Assembly (NCBI GenBank): GCA_963924565.1
Contig: OZ004615.1
Span: 20,894,001 to 20,958,000, forward strand
DNA length: 64,000 bases
Direction of reading: 5' to 3'
Source: Ascidiella aspersa
Taxonomy: Eukaryota
Shown one piece after another: positions 51,784 through 64,000 of this stretch (positions within the stretch are counted from its first letter, which is position 1; each line of letters opens with the position of its first letter). The notes beneath the pieces were generated by a model. The model was not told where the DNA came from. It saw nothing but the letters and a program-made list of their open reading frames with translations, and made no database searches. A program made the position numbers and the translations under genes.

Positions 51784-52290
51784 CTGAAGGAATTTAAAGA
51801 AAATGTTTTCGAAAACGTTTAAATATAATAAATGAATAAATTGCTATCAAAGGGGCCGTGCCGTATTAAAGGCGGCTTTACGCTGGGATTAAAGGAAGTT
51901 TAGAAAACGAGCTACGCAACGAGGAAATTTACACGAATAAACGAGACACAATCATAATTAATGTCTCGCCCTAAGTAATAGGAGACGATATACAACGCAG
52001 TTAAGAAAGCAGTCGGTATGGGGGGGGGGGGTCTGGCAAAAGCGGCGATAAATTACAAGGGAAAAGGGAACCAAAGTGGAAGCAACGCTTTTAGTTGTGG
52101 CGCGGCGCAGCGCGTGAGTGATTGAACGCTGTCCAACGTAACCGGGACCTGATGCTCGATTCGTGCATTAAGACGCAGTGATTAAGCGTCCGTCGCTGAC
52201 TGTACCTTGTATTTACTCCGCTTGCGTTATATGTAATCGACTAGAAAATGGCTGACAGGCCCAGGCGCACTGCCAAGCGGCGACAGCGCA

Positions 52291-52482
52291 TTGTCGGCCA
52301 AAGTGGCTCTTTGGGTGGGACTTTATTATTTATTACAACGCAAACTTATTTCGCGCTTTTGGAGTTGCGATTACCATTATGGGGAAGGGTTGTAGGCCAA
52401 AATGTCTCTCTGGGTGGGACTTTATTCTTTATTACAACGCTTATTTTCCGCTTTTGGAGTTATGTTGACCATAATGGGGAAG
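52291..52482 (+). repeat. Tandem duplication, ~99-bp unit x2
   Basis: 52291-52387 versus 52390-52482 (ggccaaa..tgggtgggactttatt..attacaacgc..ttttggagtt..accat.atggggaag). Confidence 0.88.
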
Positions 52483-53829
52483 CTACACGGCGCGTTACTT
52501 TTCGAGCGGAGGCATTAGCCGCGACGTTGGAATGACAGAACGCTGTCAAGTGCATTAGGGTGCCTTGGCCGGTGCCTTGTCACAGTGGCCTGTGATTGAG
52601 AGGCCCTCGCTTGTCATTTGCCAGCGTCGGCCAATCGCCCAAGTGGATTTATTGGCAGTTTGGATCGCGTCGACTGCACAAGGCCCTCGTTCGTGGCGAC
52701 TGTAGCTGGAAGTATTCGACCTTAGCAAAGACGTCAATCCGACTTCCGTCATTCCCGCCCATACTCTAGCTGCCCCAACTTCCGCGCCCACGCCAACAAC
52801 CCGAAATAGCTCGCCTCATCAACCTAAGTCGCTGTAGCTGGTGCACTGCCTACAAAGCTACCTTCTATGAAAGGCAGTATCCCCTCCCCACCCTCAAGTA
52901 GTAGACATGTAAAATATTACACGAAGACGTGGTAGTATATAAATTAAATAACAGCCGAACTGTGTTACTTCACCTAGTCCTAGGGTGTATTTTTCGCGAC
53001 TGTCTGATAGAAATCGGCTATATTTTTTTCGACAAGTACGAGGCATGACATAATAGTAAAAGATACTGCTGAAATTGTGCGTGTATTTCTATATGCATTT
53101 ACATCGGGATATAGTTGTACTTAAAACGCAAGGTTCGGAAAAGTGTAGAACCCCTTTCAACGATCAGCCGTCGCAATTTCGATTAGAACCCGGTCGTCCA
53201 AAGTTTGACCCCGGTCAAAGCGATGCGGTCAGTCGCGCTAGATTGTGACGTATTGCCGGGCGCCTAATCGCCACTGCCACTACGGCAACACAACAGAGAA
53301 TAATCGGCGTCGAGCAATTTACGACCCTCACCTCGCAGCCACAGCGCGAAAATTCGAGTGGCCGCTTCCAAACGCTCAAGTTGTAAAGCGAGGGTCAAAA
53401 GCGGGACACGGCGGGTCAGCGGCCGGTCGCGTCACCAATCGCGCCGCCCTTGCCCGTTGTTGTCGACGAGCGGTGGACAAGCGACGAAAATCGATTGTTC
53501 GACGCTCGCTATCGCCCCCGAGCAATCTCCGGTTTGAAGCGGCGCCTTTTCGATTGTCGCGAACGCGAAGCAATCGGCACAGCGGGCGACCGGTACCCAA
53601 CACCCCTCTCTCCAACTGGACACAGGTTAAGATGTTAGGACGCGAAGGCGCAATGCAATTGATCTTGCGACGTTTATTCGGCGAAATCTATCGCCCGCTT
53701 TTGCCCGCCGTGACATTCGGCGGTTTTTCCGCCATCGATTATCGTTCAATCTGCGCTCGGTACCCCCCGCGCGTCGCCCGACTTCGCCAGGCCATTAAAC
53801 TGTCAAACAGCATCGACTGTTGTTGCGAT

Positions 53830-54100
53830 TCGCCAGATTAGAAGCCGCCGCGGCAGTGATTTTTCTTTCGCCCGCTGCCTTGTCGATTTGTTCGGCGAAA
53901 TTTCGCAAAGTATTTTGTGTAATACCAAACAAATAGAATGGTTAAAAAGCGTACCTTAATTTAACTGAATCGCCAGATTAGAAGTCGCCGCGGAACTGAC
54001 TTTTTTTCGCTTGCCTTGTCGATTTTGGTCGGCGAAATTTCGCAAAGTATTTTGTGTAATACCAAACAAATAGAATGGTTAGAAAGCGCACCTTATTTAA
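53830..54100 (+). repeat. Tandem duplication, ~140-bp unit x2
   Basis: tcgccagattagaag...gtaataccaaacaaatagaatgg at 53830 and 53970, high identity. Confidence 0.92.
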
Positions 54101-54509
54101 ACGCTAACAATGGAATAGGCGCTCTATAATTACTAAAGCGTCCGGCAGTCGGTTAGATCAGAAACCCACCCACTCTGAATAAACAAACGGTGACTTGGTA
54201 GAATCGGAACACGCTCTCTCTATCGCTATGTACACAAACAAAAAGCAATTGGCAAACACACACATAGCGCAGATGGTGTAAACAAGAGTGCTATGCCGTG
54301 TTTTCCGCTTGCTTGTAGTAATAGAGCAGGAAGCTTCGTAGGCTGCTGCTACTGCCGGCGTGAACATAAGTCCGGGGGCCGAAAAGCGGTGACTCAAGCT
54401 CCGGTGAAATCTAGTCCCTCGCATGCTTACATTGCGCAAAGTGGCGCCGCCGAAAACATATTGACTCGCGTGTAGTAATAATCTACTGCTGCTGCTGTAG
54501 TAGTCTTAC

Positions 54510-54575
54510 CGTGGGCGGTCCGGGCGGGGGTTGGATATACTCGGTGCGGAGATATTGCTGCGTTCTTCCCGCCAT
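54510..54575 (-). CDS. ZNF503/ZNF703: NET-family zinc-finger gene, coding exon 1 (MAGRTQQYLRTEYIQPPPGPPT)
   Basis: ATG in gaaaATGG context; 66 nt = 22 codons ending at donor ACG|GTAAGA. YLRTEYIQPPP matches the NET N-terminal (Y)L-x-PEYLQPLP motif that precedes (L)DAKKSPLALLAQTCS in homologues. It joins exon 2 in phase 0. An in-frame TAA lies ~50 nt upstream. Confidence 0.92.
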
Positions 54576-54789
54576 TTTCGGCGAATGTTTTCCGATGTCC
54601 GGTGCGTTGCGCCGCTGGAAACTTTATTCTGCTCCTTTTCTTCTTTGTAAGCTTTAAACGCGGGCACGGTGTGTATGGGCGTTTGTGCGAAAACAGGCGT
54701 GGACGTGCACAGATGCAGTTTTACCTTTTTTTTTTTAATAAAAAGCCCTTTGATTTCTGCAGGATAAACAATGAAGATTAAAATACTTT

Positions 54790-55015
54790 AATTTCGTGAA
54801 AGTGAACACAAATTTGTTGAGCAACACCGGTTGCGTTACTGCGCTCAGCACCTTTAAAATCTCACGAACTCACAAATTTCGGCGACAAAGCCCTTTGTTT
54901 TTTGACGGACAAATAATATAGATCAACTTTGATTTCGTAGAATTTGAAGGTCATCACCGGCTGCGTTACTGCGCTCAGCACCTTTTAAAACTGCTCGCTA
55001 ATTTCGCTGACACAT
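54790..55015 (+). repeat. Degenerate tandem duplication (~130-bp period) with a conserved 35-bp core
   Basis: caccgg(t/c)tgcgttactgcgctcagcaccttt(t)aaaa at 54825-54859 and 54955-54990. Confidence 0.82.
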
Positions 55016-55049
55016 GGTTCAGTTTTAAATCTCTCACCTCTGACTTCGA

Positions 55050-57500
55050 TCCGATGGGCGCGCCAAGTCAAACAAACTTTTTAGAGATTTTTTCGGAGCC
55101 GCTTTTCCCGGATTGCTATCGATCCAATTCAAACGAAAAGCACTCGCCGGCCGCCACCTGTAACCTGTCTCTATACTGGCAGTCTGCAACGTAGATTCCC
55201 TGCACGTATCGCGCGTGCCGAGTTGGCAGAAAATCTTGTCGACTCGCCGAAATGCAGAGGAAGAGCGACCGATTCCTGACGGCTGTGGAAGGCGCGCCTA
55301 TATGGCTTCTAGTTGAAGCCCTGACACCTCAATACCTTGACGTGCCGCTGCCGTCCGACGTTGACAGCCCAAGCGCTTGGCAAATATTGCTGATAAACGC
55401 GAATTTTTGGCGCGACCTGTCTGCTGATAAAGCTATACACTTGAGGGAAGGCGCCTTTCCGCTGTTCGGAGAATATTGAAGCTCGCTCCGCTAAGAATAA
55501 GCGACAATTTATCTGGTCTGTTCTTAACTCTAAAGTTAATGTCCCATGCCTATTGCCGAACATTGTATAAACTCAAAGGGCAAACGTAAAGTTAAGCTCA
55601 TAGGACAAGAAACTTTTCTAATAAAATTTACCTGCTAAAAATGCTTAGATTGTTGTTTCACCTTCTAAGCAACCTTACATTGTTTCCAACAGCTAAAACA
55701 CAGGAATTACTAGTCAGCAGACGCGACACCGAATTAAACAACAAACACTTGAACATAAAATCTCAGCAAGAGCTCGCAGCAACAAGGTTGACAAGCGCGC
55801 CCGGGACTGCTTGCCCTTCGCCGCTCGCAAACGTTGTGAGGTAGAGAATCGCGCCGGGCCGCGAAACGCCGCCGCTTCCCTTTTTCTCGCCCGCGCGAGC
55901 GCCGAGTGATTGAAAGCTCTTTCATTTTTTCGCCTGTCCCTCAATCGTCCTGACAGCTCCCGCCATTGTTCGCGCACAATCGCCAGGCTTAGCGGCTCGG
56001 CGCACGCGCACGCACACACACACGCACATGCGCGCACACCTGACGACGCGGCGCCGCGTAATTGGAACTGGAAGGCTGCGAATGTCGAGTAAATCTCGCG
56101 CCCGTGCTACAATGCGACAACACGTAAATAGAATCACCGGGCGTGGAACAACTATAGGGAAAAAGCGCGTCCGGAATTCGCTTTGTCCTCGCTTACAGAT
56201 GCCTTTCAATGCGCGCGTTTCAGGGGTTGGAAGGCGTTTTCCGGCTTACAAGCAGCGCGATGCGTTTTTATGACCGCATGCTGATTACAGAACCGCTTTG
56301 TTTTCGACTAGGTTTTTGTCGATAAATTATGAATGCAATTGCGTGGCCGCCGGGGGCTGTTCTGTTTTTAAAGCGAAAGCAACCGTTCAGTGGCTGGAGC
56401 TGCGTTTTGGGAGATTTGCCTCGATTGCGACAACTTTCGGTCGTTGGTCGTTTCAAGTCACGTTGATAAACGGCGAATGCGTTTAGTTGTCACGTACGTG
56501 CCGTAGCGCTATGCTCGATTTACAGCAAACGGCGCCACACAGAAACTCATACGACGAGGCCGACGTTTGCCGAACAAAATTTAGATTTACGGCGCCTGTA
56601 GTTTCAGTTTGGGTTAAATCGCGATATTCAGTCTTTGTACCTTTATAGTTATATTGTGTTTTGATTATGGTGTAACGTCAGTATTTCTTCTTTCGGTGCC
56701 TTACTTTCACATCGATGGCAACCAGTGGCGAAAAACACGCCGTTTATTATTCGAACCTCCCCGTTAACAATATAAACTGTAAGCAAGAGCCCAATTAACG
56801 TCGCTCCAGTTGTAAACCTGCCCCTTCCAAAAGGTCGAAACGCAAGCGGCACAAAAACATGCGCGTAGGCAAAGCATTACGTCAGCAGCGCTCCGCAGCG
56901 ACCTCGGGCGACCGGAAACAGCAGCACTCGAGCATCGCGCGGCAAAATAAAGAGAGTCGCCAGCGGAGCGGCGGGCTGGATAGCAGAGGGGGGCGAACTG
57001 GGTGTGCGGGATTTACAGCTGAAAAGGCCCGATCTGTCTTCCGCGTGTCAGGACGACAAAGGCGGACAAGGCGCTACCGGGAGATGAAAGAGACGTCCTT
57101 ATCGCATTCTTAAAATAACAGCAGGGGCAGCCGAGAGCGCGCGAGAGGGAAAGAAGGAGAAGCGACGAGCCCGAACTACAGAGGGAGAGGGCCAGGCCGA
57201 CGATGATGGATAGACAACGCCTCGCCTCGGCAGCCACGGCTATAGGCAGCACCGCTCTTTCCCCCTCTTAAGTGCCCTCGACGTGTTGTTGATCTTTTCT
57301 GCTCGAGTTCTTTGACACCCGAAACGGTTTACACAGCAAGACAGGCGCGCGGCTCCCCTCACCCCCGACAAAGGCGCGGCTAATCGAATTTTCGGGGACC
57401 GGCGACGATTCATTTCGCACCCCCCCCTACCCCCTCAAATTTCACGCGCCAGGCCAGGCGACTTAATTGCCCCCCAGATTCTTTGCCGTGCGCCTGTATC
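55050..57500 (-). promoter_or_regulatory. CpG-rich upstream/promoter region of the NET gene (TSS not located)
   Basis: One of the largest CpG-dense blocks, lying immediately 5' of coding exon 1; no credible ORF. Confidence 0.45.
56000..56039. repeat. 40-nt alternating purine-pyrimidine (CG/CA) tract
   Basis: gcgcacgcgcacgcacacacacacgcacatgcgcgcacac. Confidence 0.9.
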
Positions 57501-57503
57501 TGT

Positions 57504-57870
57504 TTTTAAACACCGAACTCCAACGTGAGAACACAAGGTCTCGAAATGGTGACGGAGCAAGAATCAATGAACGTTAACCAGGTTAAGGGGTTTTCAGATG
57601 ACTTGAATATGAGTGACCAAGTTTTAATTGACGCCTCTCGGATGTTTTTCTTTGCAAAAAACCCAACAGGGAAGGTCAAATTTGACAAACCAAGTTGGGT
57701 AATTAGCAATATCTGTAGGTTTTGATCAAATTATCTAAATCAGAAATCCTATCTGTCTTAAAACGCCGAACTCCAACGTAAGGATACAAGGTCTCGACAT
57801 GGAGCCCAAATTAAAGCAATTAACGTCAGGGGTTTTCGGACTTACGGCGAAACGGACCAAGTTTGCATTG
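57504..57870 (+). repeat. Repeat family D, two partial tandem copies; a further copy lies at ~61130-61290
   Basis: ccgaactccaacgt...acaaggtctcga at ~57512 and ~57766. aaggtcaaatt(t)gacaaaccaag...tgatcaaa is shared with 61209-61270. Confidence 0.72.
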
Positions 57871-58327
57871 CCACATCAAAGGCACGGCTTCCCCCTTTTT
57901 GTTCGGCTTGTTTACCTTGGCTAAGGCCGAACGCGGCAACCGTAACCTGTCAGGCAAGAAAAACTCATTGCGTTTGAATCGGCAGTGTTAATAAGCCTAT
58001 AGGGGGGCTGGGCAAAATACACAAAAGCGCAGTCGGAAAATAGGGCTTGTTTGTGCCTTTCTAGGGAAAATACGCTAGCCTAATGAGGTTTCCCAATGCC
58101 TGGACCTTATAATCCGCCGGAGCCGCCTAAACTCGACCAACGCGGTGAATGTCAAGAACTAGCTATTTTTTGCCCACTTGAGTTGCCCGAACTGCTGACT
58201 GAGAAAAAATGGGAACTTACCGAAAAAAATAAAGAGGTTTTGGCAAACAGGAGCTTCGCTTGATCGGTCAAGTATTGGTATATTTTTGGCAAAAAACTCA
58301 TTGTAAACACTTGATAACAAAGCAACA

Positions 58328-58530
58328 CGATAGTTTATCCCTGGGTGACCAAGTATGCTAGCATATGGGGCCACAATAATTTATACTGAATCTCACAAAA
58401 ATTCTATATACACACAAAATTCTATAAACTCCCATTTAAACTTTCGGAAAACTTTTGGGAAATTTCTTTAAACTTTTTAGTTTATTATATCGATTTTATG
58501 GTGCTCTGACTGAAAGTGAAACGCGAACAC
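58328..58530 (+). repeat. Repeat family E, with a direct copy at ~60458-60643
   Basis: ttatccc.gggtgaccaagt..ctagc.t.tggggccaca...ctataaactccc...ttcggaaaac...tggtgctctga.tg.aagtg.aacg occurs in both. Confidence 0.8.
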
Positions 58531-58880
58531 CTTTCAAAACAAATGGTACTGTACTCAAAGTTTGGATATCACTAAATTAAACGAGTTTTAAATATGCACC
58601 GTAGGCCAGCGTATGTTCAAGCCAGCACTTTTCTTTAAACGAAATATTACACTACAGCGCTAACCTTCATTCATAAAACAGCGAACAAGGCATTATACGC
58701 CGAACGATTAAGCCAACGTTTTGCAATCACCTCTCATATTATCTTCTATAACGGTTCATAACCGTGGCGCTATATGCAAAGCAGATGCCAAGAAAAATGA
58801 AAAAATTCCCAATTAGGCCAGAATTTTGTTCTCTCACAGCACTCAATCTAATCTAATTCGTTTGCCGAATTGTAGTTAGT

Positions 58881-59027
58881 TAGGTCTCAAGTCAAGTGAT
58901 TTGTACGAAGTACTGAAGTCCAGTCAAATCACTTTACCCAAAAGGCTTAGATCAAATCAAGTTGGTTATAAACAATGGATTTTAGATCAGTGCACTTAAG
59001 CCAGGTAACTGAGTCATTACAACACTA
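58881..59027 (+). mobile_element. AAGTC-rich MITE 3' fragment
   Basis: caagtcaagt units ending gagtcattacaacacta. Confidence 0.6.
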
Positions 59028-59672
59028 ATATTTGAAATATTTCCTTACCCCTCGTGCTAAACAGTGATCTGAGTCCTATAATTATCATTATCGGCAATAC
59101 AGCAAGGTATACGAAATGCGTCCGCATAATATAAAGCACCGTATTTCACAATGCAACCTGCTTGAAAATTCTTGTTATTGCTGTATTAGTGGAATAGCGT
59201 ATATTCGGAAACGGAGCGACATGCTATTTTAGTCAGACGTGCGCCTGTTTACCATTGTTCTTGGCTGCTGGCGGTGAGTCACGTTGCAAAACGCTTTGTC
59301 TTCAACACCTGACTACCTACCGGACCGAAGTTCGGGAATTCACGCTTTCTGACCGCAGCCGTGCCCGGGGCAGGTGTAGGTTAGGTGAAACAAAATCGTG
59401 CCAAACAAACGGCGTGTTATTTTCTTGTTTGTGTAAACGGCAAGAGAAGTTGCTTAAAAACTACCAACTTGCAAGTAAACATAAAGACCTAATAGGCTAA
59501 AACCAAATACTCCGTAAATTGAAAGTAAAACCCAAAAAAAACTTTTCATAGGCTAATCAACACAATTCGTGTTAACTTGTTTTGCGACAAAAATATGTTA
59601 GTTTTTAATGCAGGACCATTTTAACGCTTTTCGTGTGCCAATTTTTTTGATTCCATGATAACTGATAATAGT

Positions 59673-59825
59673 TTATGTTAGCTTGGCTTAGTCATCTTTT
59701 GTGAAAGGAATATAGTAATGTAGTACCAGTTTATAATTATAAGTTTACATTATGTTAACTTGCTGGGTTAGTCATCTATTGTGATAGGAATTTGTTTACG
59801 CAGTACCACTTTAATACTTGTAGTA
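59673..59825 (+). repeat. Degenerate tandem duplication, ~77-bp unit x2
   Basis: ttatgtta.cttg..ttagtcatct.ttgtga.aggaat...agtacca at 59673 and 59750. Confidence 0.72.
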
Positions 59826-62800
59826 TGCACTTCTAATGATCTCATAGCGCCTAATAACAAGAGCTATAAATTCATTACTAAATATTTCAAATCGATTATG
59901 CTGTTTGATTTATAAATTAAATTGCTTTAAAAATATACCATGTATAGAACGGATATCAAAGCAGAGCGATCTTGTGTATGAGAGATGACTAGGACTACAC
60001 CTGTCAACAATATTTCAATAAGAATTAAAATGTCTCGTGACTTTGATTGGCCTTGAAGTTGGGGGGGGGGGGGCGCTGTACAGCAAAACTGAAGCCCATA
60101 GCTTTTGTTGAACGAACGCGAGCGGCGACAGCATGTTCTTAAACCGTAGACCCTGTTGTACAGCACCAGAGGCGAGTTTCACCACCGACTAGACGCCTTC
60201 TGCGACTGAAGCTGATGGAATTCCCCTCCCACGTTAAATTTCGAGCACCATCAATCCAACCTTGACCCGTCGCTTTCCTCTTCAACCCGGTGCTCGAAAC
60301 CCTTGTCTGTTTTTGGCGTCGCCTATGGCCTTTATTTGGAAATTTTATCACTCTTCAGATGATTGGCTGCCTGACTTCTTGGCAAGGGTCTTTCTGTCTG
60401 TTTTAAAATGGGACTTATAGGCCGGGCCGATAACTATATTAACTCAACACTTAGTACGAGAGTTATCCCCGGGTGACCAAGTGTTCTAGCGTCTGGGGCC
60501 ACAGTAGTGTATTCTGAATCGGTCGTTGCGCAAAATGCTATAAACTCCCTTCGAAATTTTCGGAAAACCTTTAAGAAATTCGTTAAACTTTCTTAGCTTT
60601 TAATATCGAGTTTTTGGTGCTCTGATTGGAAGTGCAACGGGAAATGGTGTTCGCCCGTTCTTTAGCGCAGCTTGTTTTCTTTGGCACGTCACTCAAAAGT
60701 ATACGTGGTCAACACTGAACACTTGAGACACCGGATATTTGGTGCCCCGAGAACGTTACAGCTGATTGGGTGCTTATCAGACCTGATGTTATGCGAAGTC
60801 GTTTAGGTATGTCCGCTGTCCCATCGACAGTTGTCAAGGAGTTTTGGGTGGAAATAAACCGAATTACACGTGCACAGAATGTTCGAGAAGTTTGGTATGA
60901 AGTGGTTTTAGGTCATATAGGCCCAAAATACCCCTCGGATCGTTTTACGGCAAACAATGTTTGTTAGTTCAAAGTGATTGATGGAAAAATCTTAAGAGCA
61001 GAGCACAAACCATAACACTTAAGTATCTTCTTCGTTTATTCCCCATTTTAGTGCGTACGTCAGTGAAAATTCCTCTTTCATGGTTGGGCACAGCGGGGGT
61101 TAGATACACCCAGGAAAGTTTAGGATTACTTTCCTACAGATGAATATGAGTAACCTTTTTTCAATTAGTGTCTCTCAGGTGTTTAACTCTGAAAAAAACT
61201 CAAAACGTAAGGTCAAATTGACAAACCAAGGTTGGGAATAAGTGATAGCTATAGGTTGTGATCAAAATATATTTATCCAGAGAAATCAGAAGTTGGGCCA
61301 TAATTACAACTAAAATCAAAATTCCCTTTTTTCAACTGCTATAGTCATTTGTCGTCCGTTCCTTTTCGCAGCAGGCAGCGTTATTCAAAAAATCTTAACA
61401 AAGGTCATAAAATACAGGTTTCGTGACCATAGCTTTCATGTGCTGGTGCGCTAAAGTACCAAACATGCCACCCTCGATCGACCCAAGGACCCGCGCTGAC
61501 AGCAGCATGTGTACGCCGCCCTCCCGCCTATCCATCCTTCCTCTATCGCGCCGATATATCCCGGATTGAATTGCATCCACTTCCCGAATTTGGCGGCGGC
61601 AAAGCAGCCTCCTGGAAAACCCGCCCGACACGCTGGATTGTCGTCACAACAACAGGGAATCTGTCGCGGGAGCGATGCCATCGCGACTTCAGGAACAATA
61701 GAAAGCGGGGGCGGGATTCGTCAACCGCTGGAAGGCCATCGCTTCGAAAGCAGCCGGCTAAGCGTTTTTTTGGACCTTTTTAGTCGTTCAACTGAGGAAG
61801 CAACAGGGGCATAAAAGTAATATGAAGCGGTCAGCTGAGCTGTCCCTGTCAAAATAAGCGTGAGCTGGATTCAAAGAGGACCCTGGCGCGTTTCTAATTG
61901 CCCGTGTAAATTTGTTCTTTAATGAATTTCGCCTTTTTTGGTTGCTTTTAATGCCTGCTTAATAATGGCAATTTAAGGGTCCGAAACCGGATCACTGATT
62001 GTAACTGCAGATTATTGGGCTTTAATAACAGAAAATGAGAAAACCACTGACACTTTCACCACAAATTTGAGACCCTCGGTAATGAGTGGCCATTAGAAAG
62101 CGAAAAAGTCCGACTTTTTACACAGGCTTCATACAAGGATACTTGTGAGAAATAGTGAGATGAAAAAACCTTACAGAAACAAGTACAGAAACCAAATTTA
62201 ACAAATGACCCTTTGCGGCATTTCAATGACAAAGTCCTCACATGAGCGGGAAGCATTATATAAATCTTTTAAGTAAATCATTCTTTAGTTTCCATCACCT
62301 AGTTATTAAGACTGACCTCTGCAAAAGGATCACACTTAGAAAAAATCCATTGTTATTTTTCGTATAATCCAAGCGTGCTTTCAAAACAAGCCGTAATTGA
62401 AATTTACCAGGTGGATTTTATGATATTGCCTAAGTTCTCCCCAGAACTCGTAAAAAAGAGTTGGCTTCTCTGTAAAGGAGATTTGTTTGTTCGCAACGAG
62501 CCTGCGACGACTGCCGTAAAACGACCGATGTAATAAATCGTTGTTCCATACGTTATTGGCAGCGCGAGGCAAAGATCATGATGAGCCCAAGGCCTCTGAA
62601 GCACCCTTGAGAAATACATCGCGCGTTGCGATAGCAATGCGGAGCGCCGTAAATCAAATGTGTTTATCCGGGGCCGCCGAAAACCCTTATCAAAACAGCG
62701 GGGTTCGCTTCGGGGTTGCTTGTCATAAACTCTGCTTCATCAAACTTGTCTCTTTTGACAAGCGGAACAGTGTGGGTGACTTTATGATGTCCCTTCACAT

Positions 62801-62972
62801 TGGCGATACTCGATAACGGAACTGAATGAATGTAGTGTGACTGACGGATTTGACAGATAGTTTCCGATCTTTAACACTTGATCAGATACCACCCGGATTC
62901 AAACGTTTGTTTCACCCGCACCCTGTAATTGAATTATCGTGTTTTGTCGGATCCTGATTGAATTATAGAGAG

Positions 62973-63060
62973 CAGTGGTTCTCAAACCTTTTCTAGTCGC
63001 GTACCACCTATAGTGTTATTTTCCTGTCACTGCGTACAACTTGATTTCAAAAGAACCCGC
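62973..63060 (+). mobile_element. 5' end of a hAT-like MITE (right end not located)
   Basis: cagtggttctcaaaccttttc..gtcgcgtaccacct is a typical hAT MITE terminus. Confidence 0.5.
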
Positions 63061-64000
63061 TTTGTTTATATTAATATGCTTGAGCCAAAAAATGGTTTCA
63101 AAACTCGCTCCTGGCGCTAACGGCAAATTCCATGCTTATAGGTCAAATAAATTAAACAAAGAAAGAATATAAATAAACTCTGTTATAAAGTACTCGCTAG
63201 CAACCAATGGTACGTTTACCAAACAACATGCTGACTTAGAGATACCTACAAGGGTTGGGTCGAATTTTTTAACTCTCAGATTCTTCAAGTGGAGTTCATG
63301 AACCCCTTGAGGGTACGTGGACTAGATTTGGAGGGTTCATGACTGCCTAATTGAAATATAAGTGTATTTTTTCAAAAGTGATGAATTAAGAAAATGAGCT
63401 TATTTACAAAAAAAACGTTTATCACTGAATGTACTTATTCAAGCAGAAGGTTTCCAATGTTTATTGATTTCAGAACGTTAATATATAACGTTGGTTCTTT
63501 AATAATCATTAAGACCCTGGTACAGGCGAACCAAAAATCGACACCTGCATTAAATGCTTTAAATGCTTGTAACTTTCCTGCCTATTGTTGTAGTCGGCAG
63601 CCCTAGAGCGAGACTGAGAGACTCTGTTATAGTGCAGTAAAACCACTTTAAGTTACTTTCTAAAGTGTTAAACGGTATTTCAACCTTTTCAGGGAAATTT
63701 GTGTCCGAACCCACTTGTTTGATTTTCCCGTAATAATTTGGAACTACAAAGCAAAACTGTTTGTCATTAAGGAAGTGTCCACCGGCAACCTGTTTGCACT
63801 GAAGATTGGTTTAGAGCCGCTATTCTATTCACGGACCGGCGTTTAAAGTAAGGCAGATAAATACAGCAAGACAACGCGTCAGGAAAATGAACAGCGTTAA
63901 GTATCGCGAAAATAGGACAGGGTAATAAGCAATGATGGTTATGTTAAGCACAAAACAATATATTCATTGCTTTTGAAGCGTAATGGTTGGAGGTTAAAGT

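Larger units (their letters stand above)
47898..54509 (-). other. Intron (6612 nt, GT-AG, phase 0) of the NET gene
   Basis: GTAAGA donor at 54509 and pyrimidine-rich CAG acceptor at 47898. The intron sits just before the Sp motif, as in other NET genes. Confidence 0.9.

Noticed and set aside
53245-53841. 198-aa antisense ORF within the intron
   Set aside because: GTG start, Arg-rich CpG-driven composition, no known motif.
8226-57883. Scattered Tcf/Lef (ATCAAAG) and GGCGCC motifs
   Set aside because: Short motifs expected many times by chance in 64 kb; no evident clustering.

Overview
Animal genomic DNA, apparently invertebrate: AT-rich spacers alternate with CpG-rich, non-CpG-depleted islands, and there is one assembly gap. 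Only one protein-coding gene is supportable, a NET-family (NocA/Elbow/TLP-1; ZNF503/ZNF703-like) zinc-finger co-repressor on the minus strand. I reconstruct it as two coding exons, 54575-54510 (missed by the ORF track) and 47897-46569, joined by a 6.6 kb phase-0 GT-AG intron and giving about 464 aa. The rest is a gene desert that looks like this gene's regulatory landscape. It holds roughly 30 GC/CpG-rich islands with recurrent Pbx-Hox (four exact TGATGGATGG), Meis and other homeodomain motifs. These are interleaved with many short non-autonomous DNA transposons: several hAT-type MITE families with 8-bp TSDs, a Tc1/mariner deletion derivative and foldback elements. Highlights are a near-fully complementary miR-124 site just before a distal poly(A) signal, the Pbx-Hox/Meis motif set, MITEs sitting at island edges, an orphan promoter-like module at ~11.5 kb and local tandem duplications around exon 1. 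No tRNA, rRNA or CRISPR array was seen. Regulatory calls are motif-based inferences only.
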